Program-made: the position numbers and the translations under genes | The notes under the pieces: generated by a model | The model's input: only the letters and a program-made list of their open reading frames with translations | Told to the model about the DNA's origin: nothing | The model's database searches: none | DNA from: an uncultured Candidatus Binatia bacterium | Lineage (GTDB): Bacteria > Desulfobacterota > Binatia > HRBIN30 | Assembly: GCA_964498075.1 (NCBI GenBank) | Contig: CAZCGA010000013.1 | Location: 8,665 to 72,664 of the forward strand | Direction of reading: 5' to 3' | Length of the DNA stretch: 64,000 nt | Shown: piece after piece, positions 47,988 to 55,661 of the stretch | How the letters are laid out: every line of letters begins with the position of its first letter | How positions within the stretch are numbered: position 1 is the stretch's first letter

Positions 47988-50830
47988 TCGCAAGGCGAAC
48001 TCTCTTTGCGGCCTCTGACCCATTGGCGCACGGCGAACAGCGCGATCACAACGATTGCGACGAGGCGCGCACGAGCGCCGTGATGCGGCGTCAAGGAGCA
48101 GCCGTCGGCGGATGAGCCCGTGTCGGGTGGCATCGCCAGCGCCGTGAAGCTCGTTCCGTCGCCTCCGTTGAGCTTCAAGACAGTGAAGTCCCAGCGGCCG
48201 GGCACGTTCTCCGTGAATCCCGCGGCCACCACGTCGCCGTGCGCGTCGACGGCGACCTGGAAACCGGCATCGGTCGGAGCGTTGGCGTCGCTGCTCATGC
48301 CGTTCACATCGCGCCGCCACTGCTCGATGCCGTCCAGCGCCGCGAGCTTGATGATGGTGAAGTCGAAACCCGTGGGGTTGAACGTGGTGCCGGTGGCCAC
48401 GGGGTCGCCCGAGGCATCCAACGCGAGGGAGACGGCGAGGTCGACATCGCCGCTGCCGTCACGCAACGCGCGCCACAGCTCGGCGCCCGACGCGCCGTCG
48501 AGCTTGACGACCGCCAGGTCGAGACTCGTGTTGGCGCTCGTGATGCCGCCAGCGGCGAGCACGTCGCCGGCGGCGTCGACGGCAACCGCGTGGGCGAGAT
48601 CGAACCCGTCAGCGCTGCCCTTGAGGGTGGCGCGCCACAGCTCCGCTCCACTCTGTCCGGCGAGCTTGATGACCGTGAAATCCGAGCCGGGCCTCGCGTT
48701 TTCGAGCGCGCCGCCGGCGATGACGTTGCCGGCGGCATCGAACGCGACGGCCAAGGCCTGATCCACACCGGCGGGGGCCGTGCCGGCGATCTCCTGCCGC
48801 CACCGCTCGGCGCCGCTGGCGGCCGCGAGCTTGACGACGAAGAAGTCGGAGCCGCTGCCGCGATTCTCGATCGTCCCGGCGGCGACGACGTCGCCGCGCG
48901 CGTCTACGGTCACGGCGTTGGCGATATCGACACCGTTCGCCGTGCCGTTGAACAGCTGGCGCCAGATCTCGGCGCCGGTGGTGCCGGCGACCTTGATCAC
49001 CGCGAAGTCGGAGTGCGTGGTCGCGTTCTCGATCTGGCCCGCCGCCACCACGTCGCGCCGCAGATCGACGGCTACGGCATTGGCGCGCTCCAGGCCGTCG
49101 GCGGTGCCGGTGAGGGTGTACTGCCAGCGGTCGCGGCCATCGGCGCCGCCGAGCTTTGCGACGGTGAAGTCGGAGCCGGTGTCGACGTTCTGGGTGACAC
49201 CCGCTGCCACAATGTCGCCCGCGGTGTCGACGGCGACGGCGCGCGCCTGATCGTTGCTGGCGATCGCCGTCCCGCTGATCTCACGCCGCCACACCACGGT
49301 TCCACTGGCGTTGCCGAGTTTCACGACGGCGAAGTCACGACTGGTGCCGGCGTTGCGGATCGAGCCGGCGCTCACCGCATCACCCTGGCGGTCGAGCGCG
49401 ATAGCGACGGATTGATCGCGGCTGAGGCTGGCACTGCCGTCGATCAGCGTCCGCCACAGCTCGGTTCCGTTTGTGCCGTCGAGCTTGGCGACCGTGAAGT
49501 CGCCGGGGCCCGAACCGATGTTCGCGGTGACGCCGGCGGCGGCGATGTCGCCGGTCGAGCTGAGCGCCAGCGCGATGGCCGAGTCGCGGCCGGGGGCGCT
49601 GCCCTCGATCATTTGGCACCAGACCTCCTGGCCCGTCGTGGCGGCGAGCTTGGTGACGGTGAAGTGGAGCGCCGTTCCTCCGGAGGGTGCGATCCGGCTG
49701 GTGGGAATGGTCCCGGCAGCCACGATGTCGCCTTCACCGTCTATGCTCACGGAGGAAGCGCTGAACGCCAAGTCGGTGCAGCGTCCGGTTCCGCGCCACA
49801 GCTCCTCACCCGTGGCGCCGGAGAGCTTCACGACGGCATCCTGTTGCGTCTCCGAAGTCGGGATGCCGCCCACGGCCAGCACGTCCCCGGCCGAATCCAC
49901 CGTCACAGCGCTCGCGGTTGCAGAATCTGCGGCGCCGATCTCCTGCTGCCACAACTCTGCACCGCTGGCACCCGCGAACTTGGCAACGAAGAAGCCGCTA
50001 CTTCCAGTAGCCACAATATCGCCTGCTCGGTCGACGACCAGACTGCTGAAGCCGAGCTCACGGGCGATCGTTGCACGCCAGATTTCCCTGCCGTCGAAGC
50101 CGGCGAGCTTGACGACCGCGAAGTCTGCACCACGAAACTGGCTGTTCACTAGGTAGCCTCCGGCGACGATGTCGCCAGTTCCATCCCAGGCAAGGGCAAC
50201 CGCACCCGAACCAAGGCCCCCTACCATACCGCGAACGACTCGGCGCCAGAGTTCGGCGCCGGTTTCGCCGGAGAACTTGAGCACGGTGAAATCACTGTCA
50301 CCGGTCTCGCTGTTCGAGGTCCCCCCTGCCGCGACCACGTCACCGGCCGCATCGATCACGAGTCCACGCGCCTCATCGGAGGATTCGCTACCACGGCCGC
50401 TGATCACTTGGCGCCACAGCTCGCTGCCATCGCTCCGCGATAGCTTGACGACGATGAAATCCCGAAACGTCTCTCGGTTCTCGACCGCGCCCGCGGCGAC
50501 AACATCGCCCGCGGCGTCGACCGCAAGAGCGTCAGCAACATCGACATCTCTGCTTGCTGTACCCTTGATGATGCGGCGCCAGAGTTGAGCACCCGACGCA
50601 GCAGAGAGCTTCACCACAGTAAACTCGCGAAGCAGCGGCGCTACGTTCTCGGTTCTGCCGAGGGCCACGATGTCGCCGGCTGAATCAACCACAACTGACC
50701 GGGCACGGTCGTTACTGTCCGTGGCCGTGCCCCGGAGATCAGTCTCCCACACCAGTGTTCGATTCGACCACACGCCGGCGATCATCCCTCCCGCTAGTAG
50801 TACCAGCACCGTTGTCGTTAGTCGGAGCAT
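47984..50830 (-). CDS. Secreted 948-aa tandem-repeat (beta-propeller-like, delta-60-like) protein with Cys-containing C-terminal sorting tail
   Basis: N-terminal anchor/signal 'TTVLVLLAGGMIAGVW'. I count 16 units of ~55-58 aa of the type '..AVAVD..GDVVAAG......SDF.VVKL.G.SGAELWR'. The C-terminus is 'DGCSLTPHHGARARLVAIVVIALFAVRQWVRGRK'. Confidence 0.75.
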   Translation of the reverse strand: MLRLTTTVLVLLAGGMIAGVWSNRTLVWETDLRGTATDSNDRARSVVVDSAGDIVALGRTENVAPLLREFTVVKLSAASGAQLWRRIIKGTASRDVDVADALAVDAAGDVVAAGAVENRETFRDFIVVKLSRSDGSELWRQVISGRGSESSDEARGLVIDAAGDVVAAGGTSNSETGDSDFTVLKFSGETGAELWRRVVRGMVGGLGSGAVALAWDGTGDIVAGGYLVNSQFRGADFAVVKLAGFDGREIWRATIARELGFSSLVVDRAGDIVATGSSGFFVAKFAGASGAELWQQEIGAADSATASAVTVDSAGDVLAVGGIPTSETQQDAVVKLSGATGEELWRGTGRCTDLAFSASSVSIDGEGDIVAAGTIPTSRIAPSGGTALHFTVTKLAATTGQEVWCQMIEGSAPGRDSAIALALSSTGDIAAAGVTANIGSGPGDFTVAKLDGTNGTELWRTLIDGSASLSRDQSVAIALDRQGDAVSAGSIRNAGTSRDFAVVKLGNASGTVVWRREISGTAIASNDQARAVAVDTAGDIVAAGVTQNVDTGSDFTVAKLGGADGRDRWQYTLTGTADGLERANAVAVDLRRDVVAAGQIENATTHSDFAVIKVAGTTGAEIWRQLFNGTANGVDIANAVTVDARGDVVAAGTIENRGSGSDFFVVKLAAASGAERWRQEIAGTAPAGVDQALAVAFDAAGNVIAGGALENARPGSDFTVIKLAGQSGAELWRATLKGSADGFDLAHAVAVDAAGDVLAAGGITSANTSLDLAVVKLDGASGAELWRALRDGSGDVDLAVSLALDASGDPVATGTTFNPTGFDFTIIKLAALDGIEQWRRDVNGMSSDANAPTDAGFQVAVDAHGDVVAAGFTENVPGRWDFTVLKLNGGDGTSFTALAMPPDTGSSADGCSLTPHHGARARLVAIVVIALFAVRQWVRGRKESSPCE

Positions 50831-50896
50831 CGACGCTCTCTGCAGCGCAAGAGCCGGTGCGCAGCTTCCAGCGCTAGCTCCTGCGGTTCCCAGCCT

Positions 50897-51547
50897 TCAG
50901 CACCCCGGCGCTGAGCGAACGTCCGGGTCAGGTTGCCCTCCCGTGAGTTGCCGCGTGTCGCCCCACGCCGCTGTGAAATTGACGTGCGTAGGGTTGGTGG
51001 CAACCAGACCGATGTAATCGCCGAAGTAGCAGTTGCCGAACACCTGGTCGAAATATGGATTGAGGTTGGGCAAGGGGTTGGGTGCATCGACATCGGTCCA
51101 TTGCTCGTTTCCCTGCCACGTGACCCCGCCGTCGAACGAGCTGTTCCCGTACACGTCATACTTCAGGTTCATTGCCGTGTCTCGGCGCCGGTCATACCAC
51201 ACCGACTTGATCTCGGTCATGGGCGGACTTGACTCCACCACGATGGTTGCGATGCGCGGCTGGAACTGATCCGTCGCCACGACATCGTTCAGTACGATCA
51301 CCGGGTTCGAGGTAAAGCTGAGAACGCTTCCACTGACTGTCCCGCGACGGAACTTGACGTCGCTGTTGTTGCTCCCCGCGGGGTCGAAGTCATTCCAGAC
51401 TGCATACACCTTGGTCGCGTCCATCGGGTCCGTCGCCAGGTTGGCGAAGGTCGCTTCCCGAATGTTGCCGTTCAATACCTCGGTACCAGGGTCTCCGGAG
51501 TAGCAGGTCGCGCGACCTGTCGGGAGCCTTGCGGTGCCGATATCCAC
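50897..51547 (-). CDS. BNR/Asp-box (sialidase-like) repeat protein, short and possibly a 5'-truncated remnant
   Basis: Asp-box 'SSFDGGVTW' (SxDxGxTW). There is a GTG start and no signal peptide. Only ~140 bp separate it from the upstream lgt stop. Confidence 0.45.
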   Translation of the reverse strand: MDIGTARLPTGRATCYSGDPGTEVLNGNIREATFANLATDPMDATKVYAVWNDFDPAGSNNSDVKFRRGTVSGSVLSFTSNPVIVLNDVVATDQFQPRIATIVVESSPPMTEIKSVWYDRRRDTAMNLKYDVYGNSSFDGGVTWQGNEQWTDVDAPNPLPNLNPYFDQVFGNCYFGDYIGLVATNPTHVNFTAAWGDTRQLTGGQPDPDVRSAPGC

Positions 51548-51688
51548 TTCAATGCAATCAATCGTATTTTCATCGCGTCACCTCGTTCCAGTTGCGAATA
51601 GGAGAGCCATACCTCTGTGCCGCCGGCTGCGGCGCGGGCGGTGCCCGGCATCGCCGTACGCGGTCCGACAACGCTGCCGGTGTGAGCT

Positions 51689-52540
51689 TCACGACGAAAC
51701 CCCAGCGCGTAAGGAACGTCGCCCTCCCGACGCTTCACCGCGAACCTTCGGCGCGCCGCGCTGATTCCCGGGTTCCTGTGACGCAAGTGTGCGCCCCACC
51801 AACGTCCCGGCTGCAACCGCGGCCGCTACCGGCACGAGCCAACTGTTGAGAGTCAGACGATTCTGCCGCAAGAGCTCCAAAGCTGCTGTGCTAGCGAAGA
51901 ACAGGGCATAGAACAGCAGCTGCGTATGACCTGGCGCCGCGTCGCGGCCGCGGTGACGGACGAGAATGAGCAGGATCAAGACCGCGGCACCGACGAAGTA
52001 GAGTTGCAATGGGTGGACAGGCAGCGACGCTTGCGCCGTTTCGGGTATCCAGCGTTGTGTGCGGTGATACCAGAAGACCCAGCTCCCGCGCGGGAAGGTT
52101 ACTGCCCAGGGCAGGCCCGAGACCTTCCCGAAGCAGCAGCCATTCAGGAAGCATCCCAAGCGGATGAAAACGAGTGCAAGCGCCGCCAGCGGGATCATCA
52201 CATCCCCGAAGCGCCGCCACGGCAACCGCAAGACGCGGCAGACGACCGGCATCGCCGCAGCCAACGCCAATATGCCGCCGGGGATGCGAAAGCCATGGAG
52301 TGCACCGCGGACCTGCTCGGGTACGTAGTCGTCGAATGGGAAGAACCGCGCCTCAGCGAGGTAGAGCAGCTTCGAGCCGCCGAGAATGCTCAACGCCAAC
52401 AACGCCAACGCGATCGCCGAAGGGGCCGGAGGGAAGCCCGCACGCGCGGCGACGCCCGTCCCCGCGCCGATCCCGACACCGGCGGCGCAAAGCCACATGA
52501 CGAAGTAGAGAGGAATCGAGTCGAAGAGCAAGGGATGCAT
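51689..52540 (-). CDS. lgt: Prolipoprotein diacylglyceryl transferase
   Basis: Polytopic protein. 'IRLGCFLNGCCFGKVSGLPWAVTFP' and 'VHPLQLY' correspond to Lgt signature regions. Confidence 0.7.
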   Translation of the reverse strand: MHPLLFDSIPLYFVMWLCAAGVGIGAGTGVAARAGFPPAPSAIALALLALSILGGSKLLYLAEARFFPFDDYVPEQVRGALHGFRIPGGILALAAAMPVVCRVLRLPWRRFGDVMIPLAALALVFIRLGCFLNGCCFGKVSGLPWAVTFPRGSWVFWYHRTQRWIPETAQASLPVHPLQLYFVGAAVLILLILVRHRGRDAAPGHTQLLFYALFFASTAALELLRQNRLTLNSWLVPVAAAVAAGTLVGRTLASQEPGNQRGAPKVRGEASGGRRSLRAGVSS

Positions 52541-52570
52541 TGAGCTTCCTCTTCGCGTGAAAGGTAACTG

Positions 52571-52601
52571 ATGCTATCTCCCCCCTTCAGGTAATTGTCA
52601 A
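52571..52601 (-). promoter_or_regulatory. Candidate sigma70-type promoter for lgt
   Basis: The minus strand reads 'TTGACA' (52601-52596), a 19-nt spacer, then 'TAGCAT' (52576-52571), in a locally AT-richer spacer ~30 nt upstream of the lgt ATG. The spacing is suboptimal. Confidence 0.3.
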
Positions 52602-52727
52602 TTGTCGTGGCCATGAAATTGCCTTTCGCGAATCGAACGGGAAAGCAAGTATAGCGACTCACTGCGACTCTACCGCGCCGCACGGCTCAGGCTATGAGGC
52701 GCTGGCCCAGCGACAACATCCACGTGT

Positions 52728-53627
52728 TCATCCGTCGCGAGTCACTCCCCGAATCGCCTCCGCGAGGCGTACGGCGTCGACGGTCGCGGCGACGTCGTGC
52801 GTGCGGATCAGCGCCGCACCGTTGTAGACGGCGATCGCGGTTGCGCTGAGTGAGCCGGGCAGCCGGTCGGCGGCGTCCTTGCGGCCCGTGAGCTTGCCGA
52901 TGAAGGACTTACGCGAGATGCCGACTAGCAGCGGCCGGCCGAGCCGGCGAAACCGGTGCAGCTGATCTAGCACCAGACAGTCGAGCTCATCCCACGGCAG
53001 CGCGGCGCGGCGGAAGAAGCCGATGCCGGGATCGAGAACGGTGCGCTCGCGTGCAATCTGCGCCCGTCGTGTGCGCACCAAACACTGCCGCAACAACGAC
53101 AGCAGCATCACGATCGGTGGCTGCAGGTTCGGTCCCCGCTCGCACGCCATGAGGATCACGCCGCCAGCGTCGCGTGCGACCTCGCCCATGTGAGGATCGT
53201 GACTCAGGCCACTGACGTCGTTGATGATCGCCGCGCCGGCTTGCAGGGCCGCGGCCGCGACCCGACTGCGCTGCGTGTCGGCGGAGATCGGCACGCTCGC
53301 CACCTGACGCACGGCACGTACCGCCGCCATCATCCGCCGAACTTCCTCGTCTTCGCTGATCGCTCCCTTCAGGTACGGCGCCGTCGACATGGCGCCGACG
53401 TCGAGGATGTCGGCACCCTCTTCGACCATCCGCACCGCAAGCCGCTGCAGCGCCCGACGGCCCGTCGCTACAGAACCTCTGTAAAAGGACTCCGGGCTGA
53501 CGTTGATGGCGCCGACAATGCGCACCGGAAAGCCGTCGCCGACCTCGACCCCGGCCAGATTGGCGTGGAGACTGCGAGGAGATCTCGGTGTTTGCGACAT
53601 TCCACACGCACGCGACAGCGGTTTCAT
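52728..53627 (-). CDS. folP: Dihydropteroate synthase
   Basis: 'IVGAINVSPESFYRGS', 'GADILDVGAMSTAPY', 'ISADT' and 'IINDVSG' are DHPS motifs. Confidence 0.85.
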   Translation of the reverse strand: MKPLSRACGMSQTPRSPRSLHANLAGVEVGDGFPVRIVGAINVSPESFYRGSVATGRRALQRLAVRMVEEGADILDVGAMSTAPYLKGAISEDEEVRRMMAAVRAVRQVASVPISADTQRSRVAAAALQAGAAIINDVSGLSHDPHMGEVARDAGGVILMACERGPNLQPPIVMLLSLLRQCLVRTRRAQIARERTVLDPGIGFFRRAALPWDELDCLVLDQLHRFRRLGRPLLVGISRKSFIGKLTGRKDAADRLPGSLSATAIAVYNGAALIRTHDVAATVDAVRLAEAIRGVTRDG

Positions 53628-53676
53628 GATCGCGAGCCGGTTGGCGAGCCTTGCGCAGCGCGCACCGCACGCGCCG

Positions 53677-53798
53677 CCGGGGAATGGAATTCCCCGGCTA
53701 CGTCATGCCGAAGTCGTCTGGAAGACGACTCTAGCTCGACCTGCAGTCGTCTTCAGACGACTTCTTTCCAGCCGTAGCCGGAGAATTCGATTCCCCGG
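53677..53798. repeat. 122-bp nested-palindrome element
   Basis: 26-bp terminal inverted repeats 'ccggggaatggaattccccggctacg' / 'cgtagccggagaattcgattccccgg' have 3 mismatches. They enclose two hairpins, 'gtcgtct-gga-agacgac' and 'gtcgtct-tc-agacgac'. Confidence 0.8.
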
Positions 53799-53873
53799 CG
53801 GTGCCACCACCTCCGACCAGTGCCTCATGCACAATGACTCAATGACCCATTGGCTCTCAATGGCTCAACTCCC

Positions 53874-54653
53874 TCACTTCCCCTTCCACTCCGGCTTGCG
53901 CTTCTGCGCGAAGGCCATGACCCCTTCCGTCATGTCCTCGGAGCCGAACAGCGCGCCGACCAGCGGATACGACTTGTGCAGCGCGTCTTCGAGCGGCATG
54001 CCCTGACTGAGCATCGCGACCTGCTTGGTCGTGCGCACCGAGATCGGCGAGCACTCCAGGATCTCGTTGGCCCAGCGCTCGGCCGCGGCCGGCAGGTCCT
54101 TCAGCGGCACGACCTCGTTGACAATGCCCAGCCGATACGCCTCGTCGGCCATGATGTGCTTGCCGGTGAGCATCATGCCCATCGCCAGCTTCGGCGGGAT
54201 GTGCCTGGGAAGGCGTTGCATGCCGCCGGCCAGCGCCGCCAATCCAACGCGCGGCTCGGGCAGACCGAAGCGGGCGTGATCTGCGGCGACGATGATGTCG
54301 CACGCCAGCGCGATCTCGAAGCCACCACCGAGCGCAAAGCCGTTCACCGCCGCGATCACCGGCTTGAACAGATCGAAGCGCGTCGTGATGCCGCCGAAAC
54401 CGCCCTTCCCAAAGGTGGTCGCGCCCATGCCGTGCTGCGCCGAGTACTTCAGATCGTTGCCTGCGGAGAACGCCTTCTCTCCGGCACCGCTCAGGATCGC
54501 CACCCAACACTCGGCGTCGTCAGCGAAGTCGTCGAAGACCGACGACAGCTCTTGGTTGGCCGCCGGATGCAGCGCATTCAGCACCTCCGGCCGGTTGATG
54601 GTGATGCGCGCAATGCGCCCTTGCTTCTCGTACTTGATGAACTCGCACCCCAT
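53874..54653 (-). CDS. Enoyl-CoA hydratase/carnitinyl-CoA dehydratase-like crotonase
   Basis: 'ILSGAGEKAFSAGNDL' and 'IAAVNGFALGGGFEIALACDI'. Confidence 0.85.
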   Translation of the reverse strand: MGCEFIKYEKQGRIARITINRPEVLNALHPAANQELSSVFDDFADDAECWVAILSGAGEKAFSAGNDLKYSAQHGMGATTFGKGGFGGITTRFDLFKPVIAAVNGFALGGGFEIALACDIIVAADHARFGLPEPRVGLAALAGGMQRLPRHIPPKLAMGMMLTGKHIMADEAYRLGIVNEVVPLKDLPAAAERWANEILECSPISVRTTKQVAMLSQGMPLEDALHKSYPLVGALFGSEDMTEGVMAFAQKRKPEWKGK

Positions 54654-54678
54654 GTCTGGCCTCCTCGCTTGACCGTGA

Positions 54679-55335
54679 CTACTGTGTGTTGATCCGCGAT
54701 TGCATCTCCTTCATCGCCTCCAGCATCTCGGCGTGCACCCGCTCCACGGATGGACGTTGCCGCACCTGCTCCCACCATGCGGCGAGCTTCGGGCGGTTCT
54801 CCGTGAGCGGTGGCGCGCCGAACAGTGCCAAGGTGAACTCGGTGTACAACATCGTCGGCGCCAGCGAGCAATCCGCCAGCGTGAAGGCGCCGCCGACCGC
54901 GTAGGGGCCCGGCGACAGCATCGCTTCCAACTGATCGAGTCGCGTACCGACCTCCGCGAGCTTCGCGACGATCAGCTGCTGATCCCGTTGCGGTGCGACG
55001 AGCTGCAAGAACAGCTCGTAGAGCGGCGGCGCCAAGTACAGGTCATGGAACCGCCCGAAGCCGCGGGCGCGGGCGCGGCCCTCCGGATCGCGCGGCAGCA
55101 GCGGCGGCGCGGAAAACTTCTCGTCCAGGTACGCGTTGATGATCTCCGACTCACCGATGATCGTACCGTCTACCTCCAGCGCCGGCGTCTTGCCGAGCGG
55201 ATAGATCCGCAGGTACTCGGGCGACTTCAGGTCGCCGCCGGGAATCGGCACGATGTCGACCGGCGCGCCCTTCTCGTAGATCGCCACGCGGCACTTCGAG
55301 GCGAAATGGCTGCCGTTCTGGTTGTAGAGCTTCAT
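54679..55335 (-). CDS. Glutathione S-transferase
   Basis: The ATG at 55335 gives 'MKLYNQNGSHFASKCRVAIYEKG'. 'YPLGKTPALEVDGTIIGESEIINAYLDEKF' is the GST N-terminal G-site pattern. Confidence 0.8.
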   Translation of the reverse strand: MKLYNQNGSHFASKCRVAIYEKGAPVDIVPIPGGDLKSPEYLRIYPLGKTPALEVDGTIIGESEIINAYLDEKFSAPPLLPRDPEGRARARGFGRFHDLYLAPPLYELFLQLVAPQRDQQLIVAKLAEVGTRLDQLEAMLSPGPYAVGGAFTLADCSLAPTMLYTEFTLALFGAPPLTENRPKLAAWWEQVRQRPSVERVHAEMLEAMKEMQSRINTQ

Positions 55336-55415
55336 CGGCCGGCCTCCGTGGCGCAACTATCAGTGAGCATCAGGGCTAGTGCAAGTGCGGCGCCGCAAGG
55401 CCGGAGCGAAGGCGT

Positions 55416-55642
55416 GCTTCGAGAACCTCAGCACGAGCGGTGTCAGGTGCATTTCATTCAAAATGAAGGAATCTCCCGCTCACCCTGAGATTCGGACCAG
55501 CGCTGTGGCGCTGGTCTGTTGGGCCAATGAACCCCCTCCTTACCAAGGAGGGGGCCAGGGGGAGGTTGCTGACGCGCCGTTGCAAAACCTCCCCTGACCC
55601 CTCCTTGGTAAGGAGGGGAACCCTCGACGAACGGTTCATTGG
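55416..55642. repeat. Composite nested-palindrome element (related to the element inside ecfA)
   Basis: 'gcttcgagaacctcagcacgagcgg...ccgctcaccctgagattcgg' is homologous to the 23474-23550 core. It is followed by the hairpins 'ccccctccttaccaaggaggggg', 'ggggaggtt...aacctcccc' and 'cccctccttggtaaggagggg', bracketed by 'ccaatgaacc'/'ggttcattgg'. Confidence 0.8.
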
Positions 55643-55661
55643 TAGGCTCTCGAAGGGTGTT

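Noticed and set aside
48239-50152. 637-aa plus-strand ORF that is itself repetitive.
   Set aside because: Its repetition simply mirrors the minus-strand 16-repeat gene. It lacks a signal peptide and is Arg/Gly-rich. The minus frame has a signal or anchor, a sorting tail and coupling to the downstream gene.
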